From an uncultured Gemmatimonadales bacterium (GTDB taxonomy: Bacteria > Gemmatimonadota > Gemmatimonadetes > Gemmatimonadales > GWC2-71-9), in contig CAVSQW010000011.1 in NCBI GenBank assembly GCA_963730185.1, positions 27,291 to 91,290 of the forward strand: a DNA stretch of 64,000 nucleotides, in the 5' to 3' direction. This document shows positions 31,063 through 40,710 of this stretch, piece by piece (the stretch's first letter is position 1; each line of letters starts with the position of its first letter). The translations under genes were made by a program, and so were the position numbers. The notes below the pieces were generated by a model, which was not told where the DNA came from, searched no databases, and saw nothing but the letters and a program-made list of their open reading frames with translations.

Positions 31063-32261
31063 CCCCCGCCGCCGAACTCCACCCCGTGGCGCTCCCGCCC
31101 GAGCCACGCGGCGATCGCCGCCAGGACGAATACGGTCCCGGCGGTGAGCGCCATGGCGTTGGCGTACGAGGTTCGCTCGGCGAACACCGCCTCGAGGTAC
31201 GCCACGGTCCCCGCCAGGGCCACCCCGCACTGATAGGCGAAGCCGGGAAGGAAGCCCCGGACCGCATCGGGTGACATCTCGGTGATGTGGGCCGGGATCA
31301 CCCCCCAGGCGCCCTGGACCAGCATCTGAATCAGGAACGCGCCGGGCCAGAGCCAGATCAGCGACGGCGGATAGGCCCAGAGCGGGATCACCACCAAGGC
31401 GAGCACCAAGGCCAGCACGATCGTCTTCCGACGGCCCAACCGGTCCGACAGATGACCGAAGACCACCCCGCCGATCAGGGCGCCGACCATCGAGACGATG
31501 GTGATCAACATCCGCTCCCGCCCCGCGATCCCGAAGGAGCGCTGCAGGAAGGTCGGGTACATGTCCTGAGTGCTGTGGGCCACGAAGTTCATCGTCATCA
31601 GGAACACGACCAGGTACAGATAGAGCTTCCAGTTCGAGACGATCGCCCGGCCGAGCTGCCCCCAGTCGTGATGCCGGGTCTTCTGCCAGACCTCCGACTC
31701 GCTCACCCGGAAACGGACGAACACCGCCAGGAGCGCCGGCAGCCCGCCGATGAAGAAGAGCGGCCGCCAGCCGAACTTGGGGAACACGAAGAGGTAGCAG
31801 AGGGCCGCCAGGAGATAGCCGCAGGCGTATCCCTCCTGGAGGAGCCCGGAGAGAATCCCCCGGCGGGCGTGGGGTGCCTTTTCCATCGCCAGCGAGGCGC
31901 CGACCCCCCACTCGCCGCCCATCCCGATGCCGAAGAGCGCGCGGAGCACCAGGAAGGTCTCGTAGTTCGGCGCCAGCCCGGAGGCCACCTCGATGATGGA
32001 GAAGAACACCAGGTTCAGCATCAAGGGGAGGCGCCGCCCGTACCGGTCGGCCATCAGCCCGAAGATGAAGGCGCCGACCGGACGGAACGCCAAGGTGATC
32101 GTGATGGTGAGCGCGATGTCCCGGTCGGGGCGGCCGAATTCCTGCGCGATGGCGGTCAGCGAGACCACCACCAGGAAGTAGTCGAAGGCGTCGAGGGTCC
32201 AGCCCAGGAAGCTGGCCAGCACGGCGGCCCCGGCGGAGTCGTGACGGCGTGGTTTGCTCAT
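31059..32261 (-). CDS. MFS transporter, sialate/carboxylate:H+ symporter (NanT/Jen-like)
   Basis: LGWTLDAFDYF, MADRYGRR, GIGMGGEWG, SGLLQEGY, TQDMYPTFL, GAWGVIPAH. Confidence 0.88.
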   Translation of the reverse strand: MSKPRRHDSAGAAVLASFLGWTLDAFDYFLVVVSLTAIAQEFGRPDRDIALTITITLAFRPVGAFIFGLMADRYGRRLPLMLNLVFFSIIEVASGLAPNYETFLVLRALFGIGMGGEWGVGASLAMEKAPHARRGILSGLLQEGYACGYLLAALCYLFVFPKFGWRPLFFIGGLPALLAVFVRFRVSESEVWQKTRHHDWGQLGRAIVSNWKLYLYLVVFLMTMNFVAHSTQDMYPTFLQRSFGIAGRERMLITIVSMVGALIGGVVFGHLSDRLGRRKTIVLALVLALVVIPLWAYPPSLIWLWPGAFLIQMLVQGAWGVIPAHITEMSPDAVRGFLPGFAYQCGVALAGTVAYLEAVFAERTSYANAMALTAGTVFVLAAIAAWLGRERHGVEFGGGG

Positions 32262-32457
32262 GCGACCAAGTCGCCGGCGGGGGACGCCGGGTCGGGCGAG
32301 GTTGGCTGTGCGAGCGTGAGGCACCGCGAGCGGGCGCGCCGGGCCCAATCTGGGCTCTCCCGGACCGGACCGCCAGGGCGGCTGGCCGCGACGCTCCGCG
32401 GCGGAGATATTCCCAACCTTCCCGATCGACCCCACCCAAGCGAGGTCCTCGATCCCG

Positions 32458-33228
32458 ATGCTTCAGGCAAGCACCACGGGACCTGCGAACCGGTCCAGCG
32501 TCGTCTTCTTGCACGGCGCCGGCGTTGCCGGGTGGATGTGGCGTGACCAGGTTGCCGGTCTCGACCAATTCCGCTGCATCGTGCCCGACCTGCCGGGACA
32601 CGGGATGAGCCGCTCGACACCGTGGCAGGGGATCGACCGAGCCGCCGGCGAGGTCGCCGAGCTGATTCGGGCCCGGGCTCGAGAGGGACGCGCCCACGTG
32701 GTGGGGTTGAGCCTCGGGGGGCACGTCGCGCTCCAGTTGGTCGCCCACTACCCTGACCTGGTGGATCGGGTGCTGGTGAGCGGCACCTTGGTCACCGGGC
32801 TCACTGGAGCGCGAATCCTCGCCGGCCTGGCGGCGCTCACCCTCCCGTTGGGCCGGATCGGCTGGATGACGACCCTGAGCGCCCGGGCCCTGCACGTGCC
32901 GGCGCTCGATCGGGAGGCTCACCGCCAAGCAGCTCTGTCGCTCACCCCAGAGCTGCTTCGTCGGACGGTCCTGGACGTCGCCGAGTATCGTCCGCCACCG
33001 ATCCTCGCGAGCCGCCTCCACTCGGTCTTGGTGCTGGCCGGCACCCGAGAGCACCGTCGAATCCGCGCCAGCGTCGCGGTCCTCACGTCGCTCCTTCCCA
33101 ACGCCGTCGGCGGGCTCGTCCCCGGCGCGGCCCACACCTGGAACTGGCAGCGACCCGAGGCCTTCACCGGAACCGTCCGCGATTGGCTCGCGTCCGGCCA
33201 GACTCCCGCCGGCCTCAGGCCGGCGTGA
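32458..33228 (+). CDS. Alpha/beta hydrolase
   Basis: VFLHGAG, PDLPGHG, GLSLGG nucleophile, C-terminal His (AAHTW). Confidence 0.85.
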   Translation: MLQASTTGPANRSSVVFLHGAGVAGWMWRDQVAGLDQFRCIVPDLPGHGMSRSTPWQGIDRAAGEVAELIRARAREGRAHVVGLSLGGHVALQLVAHYPDLVDRVLVSGTLVTGLTGARILAGLAALTLPLGRIGWMTTLSARALHVPALDREAHRQAALSLTPELLRRTVLDVAEYRPPPILASRLHSVLVLAGTREHRRIRASVAVLTSLLPNAVGGLVPGAAHTWNWQRPEAFTGTVRDWLASGQTPAGLRPA

Positions 33229-33295
33229 CCCGCCCCTGGCCGGGAGCGTCCCCGGCCGACTAGGTTCGCGAGCGTCTCGACCGGGAGCGTCCTTC

Positions 33296-34024
33296 ATGTC
33301 CGAACGGCTCGCCATCGTCACGGGAACCAGTGCCGGCATCGGCCGGGCCCTCGCGGAGCTGCTCCTGAGTCGGCAGTGGTCGGTCGTCGGCATCAGCCGG
33401 AGCGGCGTCGACTTTCCCCGGCCAGGCTACCGACACCTGACTCATGACTTGAGCGACACGGCCGGGCTCGAATCGGCCCTTGGCCCCGCCCTGCTCGCCG
33501 AGCTGGCGGCGGCCCCGTGGCAACGAATCGGCTTGGTGAACAACGCGGCCGCGATCGGCCAGCTCCGGCCGATCGACCATTGGGAGCCGGCCAAGCAGCT
33601 CCGGGCCTACGCCACCAACGTGGTTGCCCCGACCTGGCTGATGGGGTGGCTGGGCCGGACCGTGCCGGCCGATCGGAGCCTCCGGATCGTCAACGTGTCG
33701 TCCGGCGCGTCCGGCCTCCCGATTCCCGGGCTGGGCGACTACGGCAGCAGCAAGGCGGCGCTCCGCCACGTGGGCGCGACCTTCGCGGCCGAGCACGAGG
33801 GCCGCGACCTGGCGGTGCTGAGCTACGAGCCCGGAGTGGTCGAGACGGCGATGCAGGAGACGGCCCGGGCCCAGTCGCCGGCCGACTTCCCGTCCCAGCC
33901 CCTGTTCATCGAGTTCGCCCGGTCGGGGCAGAGTGCCACCCCGGCCCAGGTGGTTCCGACGATCGCCGATTTCCTCGAAAAGGTGGAGACCCGGGGCTTC
34001 TCGGAGGCCCGCTTCGGCGGGTAG
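33296..34024 (+). CDS. Short-chain dehydrogenase (YueD/sepiapterin reductase-like)
   Basis: VTGTSAGIG, LVNNAA, VNVSSGA, YGSSK, PGVVETAMQ. Confidence 0.88.
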   Translation: MSERLAIVTGTSAGIGRALAELLLSRQWSVVGISRSGVDFPRPGYRHLTHDLSDTAGLESALGPALLAELAAAPWQRIGLVNNAAAIGQLRPIDHWEPAKQLRAYATNVVAPTWLMGWLGRTVPADRSLRIVNVSSGASGLPIPGLGDYGSSKAALRHVGATFAAEHEGRDLAVLSYEPGVVETAMQETARAQSPADFPSQPLFIEFARSGQSATPAQVVPTIADFLEKVETRGFSEARFGG

Positions 34025-34114
34025 CTCGGGGCGCGGGCGTCGGGGACCGGGCCGCATTACTTTCCGGGATCGTTTCCCGACTCTTTCGACCTCGACACGC
34101 ATCGGTCCGGTCCC

Positions 34115-34702
34115 ATGAGCCCTCAGTCCACCGCCCTGCCGCCTCTCGCGTCCCTCGACCCGCTCGCCGAGCGGCTCTATCAGGCCCGCACCATCCTGAT
34201 CAGCGGGGAGATCAACCAGGCCCTCGCCGCCGACGTCACGGCCCAGCTGCTGGCCATGAGCGCCGAGAGCGACGCCCCGATCACTCTCTACATCAACTCG
34301 CAGGGCGGCCACGTCGAGGCCGGTGACACCATCCACGACATGATCCGGTTCATTCGGCCGGAAGTGCGCGCCGTCGGGACGGGATGGGTCGCGAGCGCGG
34401 GCGCCTTGATCTACGTGGCGACGCCCCGCGAGCGTCGCTACTGCCTCCCCAACACCCGCTTCCTGTTGCACCAGCCGGCCGGCGGGGCGGGCGGCGCGGC
34501 GGCCGACATCGACATCGAGGCCCGGGAGATCATCCGGATGCGGGAGCGGTTGAACCGGATCTTTGCCGCGGCCACCGGACAGTCGGTGGAGCGGATCCAG
34601 GAGGACACCCACCGCAACTTCTGGCTCGACGCCGAGGCCGCGAAGAGCTACGGACTCGTGGGCCAGATCATCCAGACGTCGGCCGAGCTCCCCGCCGGCT
34701 GA
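34115..34702 (+). CDS. clpP: ATP-dependent Clp protease proteolytic subunit (paralog type)
   Basis: YINSQGG, WVASAG (Ser), FLLHQP (His), DTHRNFWL. Confidence 0.92.
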   Translation: MSPQSTALPPLASLDPLAERLYQARTILISGEINQALAADVTAQLLAMSAESDAPITLYINSQGGHVEAGDTIHDMIRFIRPEVRAVGTGWVASAGALIYVATPRERRYCLPNTRFLLHQPAGGAGGAAADIDIEAREIIRMRERLNRIFAAATGQSVERIQEDTHRNFWLDAEAAKSYGLVGQIIQTSAELPAG

Positions 34703-34746
34703 GCGCCATGGGCCCGGGCCCGGACCGGCGACGGGGGGCGCGGAGC

Positions 34747-36117
34747 ATGCACCGGCGGAGCTTCGTTCAGGCCGGGGTCCTGGCCGCTGGGGTGCCGGCA
34801 CTCCGGCTCTTCCCCAGACTCGTTCCCCCGGCCCCACGCGCCCTCCCCAGCCCCGCCCAGCTCCGGTGGCAGCGCGACGAGCTGGCCCTCTTCTGCCACG
34901 TCGGCGTCAACACCTTCACCGATCGCGAGTGGGGGGACGGCACCGAAAGCCCCGCGCTCTTTGATCCGCCGGCCCTCGACACCCGGCAATGGGCCCGCGC
35001 CGCAAGCCGCGGCGGCTTCCGCGCCATGATCCTCACCGCCAAGCACCACGACGGCTTTTGCCTCTGGCCCACCAGCACCACCGGGCATTCGGTCGCGGCC
35101 AGCCCGTGGCGCGGCGGGCAGGGCGACCTGGTCCGTGAATTCGTGGACGCCTGCCGGGCCGAAGGCCTTCGCGCGGGACTCTACCTCTCGCCCTGGGACC
35201 GGAACCATCCGGCCTACGGCGACTCGCCCCGCTACAACGACGTCTACGCCGAGCAGCTGACCGAGCTTCTGACCCGGTACGGCCCGATCGCCGAGATGTG
35301 GTTCGACGGCGCCAACGGCGAGGGTCCGAACGGGAAGCGGCAGGAGTACGACTGGCCCCGCTTCTTCGGCCTGGTCCGCCGCCACCAGCCGGAGGCCGTG
35401 ATCTTCTCCGACGCGGGGCCGGACGTGCGGTGGTGCGGGAACGAGCGGGGCGAGGCCGGTGACCCAAATTGGTCGCCGGTCGATCCGGCCGCCGTTCCAG
35501 CTCCCGGCGCCACCGGGGACGGCGTCGACGCCGCGCTCCAGCACGGCGACCCATCGGGGTCGGTCTGGCGCCCCGCCGAGTGCGATGTGTCGATCCGCCC
35601 GGGCTGGTTCCACCATCCGGCGGAGGACGACCAGGTCCGGCCGGTGGACGACCTGGTCCGGCTCTACCTCACCTCGGTCGGCCGGAACGCCAAGCTCCTC
35701 CTCAACGTGCCGCCGACCCGTCGGGGCCTCCTGGCCGACCCGGACGTCGCTCGCCTGGCGGCGTTTCACGACCGGCTGGCCGACCGCTTCGCGACCGACC
35801 TCGCGGGCGCAGGCCAGCTCCGCTGGCACCGGACCAGCGCCCGGACCGGGATCGCGGAGCTAACCCTGCCGAAGGCGGTGGCGGTCGATACCCTGCGGCT
35901 GGAAGAGCGAATCGAGCGGGGGCAGGCGGTCGCCCGATTCGTCGTGCAGGTGTCGACTGGGAGCGGCTGGACCACCCTGACCGGCGGCACGACCATCGGA
36001 TCCGCCCGATTGCTCGAGGTGCCCGCCACCCCGATCCGGCGGCTCCGGCTGGCCGTGATCGACGCCGCCTGGCCGCCGCTCGAGCCCCGGATCCGCCTCT
36101 ACGGTCCCGCCGCGTAG
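34747..36117 (+). CDS. Tat-exported alpha-L-fucosidase (GH29)
   Basis: MHRRSFVQ Tat motif; HVGVNTFTDREWG, TAKHHDGFCLWP, YLSPWDRN, WFDGANG, ECDVSIRPGWF, SVGRN..LLLNVPP. Confidence 0.92.
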   Translation: MHRRSFVQAGVLAAGVPALRLFPRLVPPAPRALPSPAQLRWQRDELALFCHVGVNTFTDREWGDGTESPALFDPPALDTRQWARAASRGGFRAMILTAKHHDGFCLWPTSTTGHSVAASPWRGGQGDLVREFVDACRAEGLRAGLYLSPWDRNHPAYGDSPRYNDVYAEQLTELLTRYGPIAEMWFDGANGEGPNGKRQEYDWPRFFGLVRRHQPEAVIFSDAGPDVRWCGNERGEAGDPNWSPVDPAAVPAPGATGDGVDAALQHGDPSGSVWRPAECDVSIRPGWFHHPAEDDQVRPVDDLVRLYLTSVGRNAKLLLNVPPTRRGLLADPDVARLAAFHDRLADRFATDLAGAGQLRWHRTSARTGIAELTLPKAVAVDTLRLEERIERGQAVARFVVQVSTGSGWTTLTGGTTIGSARLLEVPATPIRRLRLAVIDAAWPPLEPRIRLYGPAA

Positions 36118-36197
36118 TTGGTCCTGCTTGACCCAGCCCCGGCCCTCCCGCCATCCTCAACCATGATCATTCGTCCCGCCGAGGGCCCGGCCCGCCG

Positions 36198-36851
36198 ATG
36201 AGCGCCGTCTTCCTGATCGACGCCGTGCTGTTCGACATGGACGGGGTGTTGGTGGACTCACGGGCGGTGATCGAGCGCACCTGGCGCCGCTGGGCCGAGC
36301 GCCATGACCTCGACGCCGACCGGCTCTTCCGAGCCGTCCACGGCCGGCGGACCAGCGAGGCGCTGGCCGACATCGCGCCGGCGATGGACATCAAGGCCGA
36401 AACGGCCTGGCTCGACGCCGCCGAAGTCGACGATCTGGAAGGGATCACGGCGATTCCCGGTGCGCTCGACCTGGTCCGGGCGCTACCCGAGGACCGGTGG
36501 GGCGTGGTGACCTCGGCCGGGCTGGAGCTGGCCCGCCGACGGCTTCGGGCGGCCGGCCTCCCGACCGAGCCCGCGGTACTGATCACCAGTGCCGACGTCG
36601 AGCGCGGCAAGCCGGCGCCCGACGGCTACCTCCAGGCCGCCGGCGATCTCGGGGTTCGACCCGGCGACTGCCTCGTGTTCGAGGACGCCCGGCCGGGGAT
36701 TGCCGCCGCCAAGGCGGCCGGCGCGCAGGTCGTCGCGATCACCACCACGGCCCCCAGCGCCGAGCTCCGGGCCGCGGATGTGGTGATCGACGACCTCCGG
36801 CGGGTGAGGGTCGACCGCGAGGCCGACCAAATCGTGATCCGGATCAGGTAG
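36198..36851 (+). CDS. HAD-superfamily sugar phosphatase (YfbT-like)
   Basis: FDMDGVLVDS, VVTS, GKPAPDGY, VFED..PGI. Confidence 0.9.
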   Translation: MSAVFLIDAVLFDMDGVLVDSRAVIERTWRRWAERHDLDADRLFRAVHGRRTSEALADIAPAMDIKAETAWLDAAEVDDLEGITAIPGALDLVRALPEDRWGVVTSAGLELARRRLRAAGLPTEPAVLITSADVERGKPAPDGYLQAAGDLGVRPGDCLVFEDARPGIAAAKAAGAQVVAITTTAPSAELRAADVVIDDLRRVRVDREADQIVIRIR

Positions 36852-37015
36852 CCGAGGCCTACTCCACCACCGATCACCACCGCGACGACCCGACCGGGCT
36901 GATCCGCCTCTCCCGGCACGGGCGGGCCGAGTTGGCCGAGCTGCTGGAAGGTGCCTGGCGGCGGATCGCCTCGAAGCGACTCGTGGCTCGGCCAGATCGC
37001 CCCGACCCGGCCTAA
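36852..37015 (+). pseudogene. C-terminal remnant resembling an MmcQ/YjbR-family protein
   Basis: EAYSTTDHHRDDPTGLIRLSRHGRAELAELLEGAWRRIASKRLVA, with no start codon or N-terminal half. Confidence 0.5.
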
Positions 37016-37815
37016 CGACCGGCCGGCACCGGCGGACGGCGCCCCGGACGGGCGGCGAATCTCTCCGGCTGCCGGCGGAGGCTGGGCGGCAAGGCGACCA
37101 GCGTCGGCTCGACCCGCTCGACCGGCGCCACCAGCCCGGCGTGCCGGAGCGCAGCCTCCATCACCCACTCCCAGCCGAGCCGCGCCCGGAACCGGCGGAC
37201 GCTCACCCCCAGATACCGACGGGTCCACGATCGGAAGGTGCGGACGCCCACCCCGGCCCGCCAGGCGAGGACGTCGACCGATGCGTCGTCGATCGTCGCC
37301 GCCACCCGGGCCAGAGTCCCCACCGCCCGCCAGCAGTGCGCCGTGAGCGGTCCGAAACGACGGAGCCGATCCCGGATGGTCCGCCCGGGGATCGCCTCGC
37401 TGATCGGCACGTCGACCGGGCGGGCCATCAGCAACGCAAGCTCCGCGCGGATCTCGGCTCGCCCCGTTCGGCGAACCACGTAATCGGCCAGGTAGCCGCT
37501 CCCGGGGACCACCCGGGACCGGACCGCCGTCGTGACCCGATCGGTAAGCTGCCGGACCGCAATCGGGCCCGGGGTAAAGCACAGCTGCCCGGGAAGCGAA
37601 TGAATGGCGCTCAGAACGGCCGGGTCCGCGGTGCCGGCCGTGGCGACCAAGCAGAGCGTGCACCAGGGAGCCCGCCTGAGGAGCTGCGCCGACTCCCCCC
37701 CGATCGCCTCGACCGACTCGGCCTCGACCACCGCGATCGTTCCCAAGGGCGGAAGATCGTGGATGAGGCCATCGACCACGTGGTAGGGCGGGGTCAGCAA
37801 TCGGATCCGAGGCAT
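37012..37815 (-). CDS. Putative AraC-like HTH regulator, divergent from the lasso cluster
   Basis: Two HTH-like segments (IPGRTIRDRLRRFG; SVDVLAWRAGVGVRTFRSWTRRYLG) after a degenerate alpha/beta N-terminus. Confidence 0.5.
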   Translation of the reverse strand: MPRIRLLTPPYHVVDGLIHDLPPLGTIAVVEAESVEAIGGESAQLLRRAPWCTLCLVATAGTADPAVLSAIHSLPGQLCFTPGPIAVRQLTDRVTTAVRSRVVPGSGYLADYVVRRTGRAEIRAELALLMARPVDVPISEAIPGRTIRDRLRRFGPLTAHCWRAVGTLARVAATIDDASVDVLAWRAGVGVRTFRSWTRRYLGVSVRRFRARLGWEWVMEAALRHAGLVAPVERVEPTLVALPPSLRRQPERFAARPGRRPPVPAGR

Positions 37816-38124
37816 CGATTTGAGCGGGGTCCCGTGGATCGCAAGGCTCAGGCGTTTGGCGAGGATTGGCGTCGGATCCTGCGTCCCAGCCAGCGAGCGG
37901 AGAGGGTACGACTCGAGGGCCCTGCCGTCAAGGCGTAAGTCACGACAGCATCACACGATAGGGCCATTCGGCCCTGGTCGAAAAACGACCGGCGACAAAG
38001 GGAAGGAAACGGCAGGAACTCGCCCGAACGTGTCCTTTCGGCCGGGTCGTGCGTTTCGCAGGTTCAACCCACTCGAAGGGCGTCGGATCTTCGACCCAGT
38101 GGGGACTGAGGGGGGACAGCCGCG

Positions 38125-38436
38125 ATGCGATTTCCTTGGAGCAACACCCGAACCACGACGGTCCCGGACGCCCGCACCCGCTGGCAGCCCACCACCGACG
38201 TGACCAGCGCGGTCCACGGCGATCGGACCGTGCTGATGGATCTCCGGTCGGAACAGTTCTTCACCCTCGACGACGTCGGCGCGCGGATTTGGGAGAGCCT
38301 CGGTCGCACGGCGACGGTGGACGAGATCACCGCGTCCCTGGTCCAGATCTACGACGCCCCGGCCGCGGAGGTCCGCCGCGACGTCGAAGCCTTCGTCGCG
38401 GACCTGAGCCGCGACGGCCTGATCTGCGAGGCCTGA
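38125..38436 (+). CDS. Lasso peptide B1 protein (PqqD/RRE domain)
   Basis: VLMDLRSEQFFTLDDVGARIWESL...TVDEITASLVQIYDAPAAEVRRDVEAFVADLSRDGLI, the PqqD pattern. Confidence 0.92.
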   Translation: MRFPWSNTRTTTVPDARTRWQPTTDVTSAVHGDRTVLMDLRSEQFFTLDDVGARIWESLGRTATVDEITASLVQIYDAPAAEVRRDVEAFVADLSRDGLICEA

Positions 38437-38437
38437 G

Positions 38438-38827
38438 GTGAGTTCACGCGGTCCCGGTCCGGTGGTCGCCGTCGCGACCCTCGCCCTGACTCGGTCGAGC
38501 CTCCGCTTCCTCGGGTTCCGGCGGACCCTCCGTCTGGTGCGTTGGGCCGCCGGCCCGGCGACGAGGCCCCGGCGCGGCACGGTCGAGCGCGGCGCCCGCT
38601 CGGTCGCGGTGGCGGCGGCGTTCTTTCCCGGCCGAGCCGTCTGCCTGGAACAGTCCCTGGCGCTGTATCTCCTCCTCCGCCGCCGCGGGCATCCAGCCGT
38701 GCTCAAGATCGGGGTCCAGCCGTATCCCTTCGAGGCCCATGCCTGGGTGGAGATCGACGGCCGCCCCGTATTCGAGAACGAGGATGCGCTGAGCAAGTAC
38801 GTGCCCTTCCCGGGAGCGTTCGCGTGA
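38438..38827 (+). CDS. Lasso peptide B2 leader peptidase (transglutaminase-like)
   Basis: CLEQSLALYLLLRRRG...LKIGV...FEAHAWVEIDG, containing the catalytic Cys and His motifs. Confidence 0.93.
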   Translation: MSSRGPGPVVAVATLALTRSSLRFLGFRRTLRLVRWAAGPATRPRRGTVERGARSVAVAAAFFPGRAVCLEQSLALYLLLRRRGHPAVLKIGVQPYPFEAHAWVEIDGRPVFENEDALSKYVPFPGAFA

Positions 38828-40710
38828 ACCCGTTCGTCTGCGCCATCGACCTCCGGGGCGCCCCGATCGGCCTCTCGGCTCTGGATCCGGCGCTCCCCGG
38901 CCTGACCCGGGGCGACGGACGCCCCGAGCTCGTCCTGAACGGCTGCTGGGGAGGCGCCTGGGCGCCGTCGCCCCTTGGCCGTCCGCTGGCCACCCGACGG
39001 CAGGGCACCATCGCGATCGGTACCGCCCGGCTCTCCAATCGCGAGGCGCTGGCCGGTCTGCCGGCCGACCGGCTGGCCCCGCTCACCGACCTCGACCTGG
39101 TCGTCGAACGGTATCTCCGCCGTGGTCCCGAGGCCGTCGCGGATCTGGTCGGCGACTTCGCGTTCGTCCTCTGGGACGAGCAACAGGCCCTGCTCCTCGC
39201 GGCCCGCGACGCCCTCGGCGTCAAGCCGCTCTACTGGCAGCAGCGGGGCAGCACGCTGCTGGTGGCCTCCCACGTCGAGTGCCTGGATCAGGGCAGCTAC
39301 GACCGGAGCTACATAACCCGGTTCGCCATGGCCCAGGTCGGGCCCGCCGACGCGACGGTGTACACCAACGTCAAGCGGGTCGCCCCCGGCTCCTACCTCC
39401 TGGCACGGGGTCCCAAGGTGTCGACCGAGCAGTACTGGTCGCCCTGGACCTTCCGGGCGGGATCGGCCGGCGACGATGTCGAGGCCACGGTGGCCGAGTT
39501 CCGGGGCCGGTTCGACGAGGCAGTTCAGGCCCAGCTCGACGATCGACGCGACACCTGGGTGCTCCTCTCGGGCGGGCTCGATTCGTCAGCGGTGGTGGGC
39601 GCCGCGAGCCGGCTGGCCGAGCGGGACTTGGTTCGGCCGCTGGCGGGCACGGTGACCGTGGTCGACTCGCTCGCCGACGGTGACGAGACCCGTTACTCCG
39701 ACGCGGTGGCCCGGCGGTGGGACCTCCGGAACGAGCGGATCCACGACTTCTGGGCCTGGCAGCCCGACCCGGACGCCACCGTGGCACTGGCCGAGCCGCG
39801 CCACTTCCTCCCGTTCTTCGCCCGGGACCGCGCCCTTTGCGGTGCGGTGCGGAGCCAGGGCGGCCGCGTGCTCCTCAGCGGCTACGGCTCAGACCAGTAT
39901 CTGAGTGGCAGCTTCGACTATCTCGCCGACCTGGTCCGGACCCGGCGGACCCGGGAAGCCATGGCCGAACTGACCCGGCTGGCCGTTGCGACTCGACGCT
40001 CATTCTGGGGGCTGGGAATGACCCACGCGATCGCGCCGATTGCCCCGGGGTGGCTGGCCCGGCGGATCCAGGGCCCGGCCCAGCGGCCCGCCTGGGTGCT
40101 GGGCGACGTGCCTCCGGTGGTGTCCCCCGAGGACCTCCGCCGGCTCCGCGAGGAGCACGGGGTCTACGGGAGCCAGGTAGCGGCCGAGGTGGCCTGCACC
40201 GACCTGCTGCTCGAGCGAGGCGTATTCGAGCAGGGGCTCGAGATGCGCTACCCGTTCCTGCACCGGCCGCTGGTGGAGCTGGCACTCCAGCTCCCCGTGA
40301 ACCTCCGGATGCGCCCCGGCGCCAAGAAGTGGATTCTGCGGGAATCGTTGCGAGATGTCCTACCCGAGGCGATCCGCACCCGGCCGGGCAAAGGCGGGAT
40401 CGACGGCCGAGTCCTCTGGTCGCTCCACCACGAGCGCCGGCTGCTCCGCCGGCTGATCCTCGACTCCCATCTCGCCGACCTGGGCTGCGTCGACCGACAG
40501 GCGCTGGCCGAAGCCTTCGATCGGGCCGCCGCGGGACAGACGGGTGACGTCACCCGGCTCTTCTTCACCCTTTCTCTCGAAACCTGGCTGGCCGTCCGTT
40601 CCGGGTGGTGGGCGGCCAACGCTTCACGATTGCAGTCCCGGAGTACTCCGTCCTTCTCGTCGCAGTCAACTCAAAAGGAGCAGCACTATGTCGAAGCTTC
40701 AGTACACTAA
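38824..40710 (+). CDS. Lasso peptide cyclase (asparagine synthetase-like, C protein)
   Basis: GTGA overlap with B2; GDFAFVLWD, ARDALGVKPLY, LSGGLDSS ATP loop, SGYGSDQ, RYPFLHRPLVE, RPGKG; no N-terminal Cys1. Confidence 0.9.
   Translation: MNPFVCAIDLRGAPIGLSALDPALPGLTRGDGRPELVLNGCWGGAWAPSPLGRPLATRRQGTIAIGTARLSNREALAGLPADRLAPLTDLDLVVERYLRRGPEAVADLVGDFAFVLWDEQQALLLAARDALGVKPLYWQQRGSTLLVASHVECLDQGSYDRSYITRFAMAQVGPADATVYTNVKRVAPGSYLLARGPKVSTEQYWSPWTFRAGSAGDDVEATVAEFRGRFDEAVQAQLDDRRDTWVLLSGGLDSSAVVGAASRLAERDLVRPLAGTVTVVDSLADGDETRYSDAVARRWDLRNERIHDFWAWQPDPDATVALAEPRHFLPFFARDRALCGAVRSQGGRVLLSGYGSDQYLSGSFDYLADLVRTRRTREAMAELTRLAVATRRSFWGLGMTHAIAPIAPGWLARRIQGPAQRPAWVLGDVPPVVSPEDLRRLREEHGVYGSQVAAEVACTDLLLERGVFEQGLEMRYPFLHRPLVELALQLPVNLRMRPGAKKWILRESLRDVLPEAIRTRPGKGGIDGRVLWSLHHERRLLRRLILDSHLADLGCVDRQALAEAFDRAAAGQTGDVTRLFFTLSLETWLAVRSGWWAANASRLQSRSTPSFSSQSTQKEQHYVEASVH

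Noticed and set aside
30079..33393. 1104-aa ORF and other long Arg/Pro/Gly-rich alternative-frame ORFs throughout the track
   Set aside because: Shadow ORFs typical of high-GC DNA that overlap well-supported genes.
37816..38124. Second lasso precursor upstream of B1
   Set aside because: I found no short ORF with a YxxP...T-x-G leader and Asp/Glu at core position 7-9.
38542..40710. Ordinary asparagine synthetase starting at 38542
   Set aside because: The upstream extension overlaps B2, there is no catalytic N-terminal Cys, and the RRE/B2/precursor context indicates a lasso cyclase starting at 38824.
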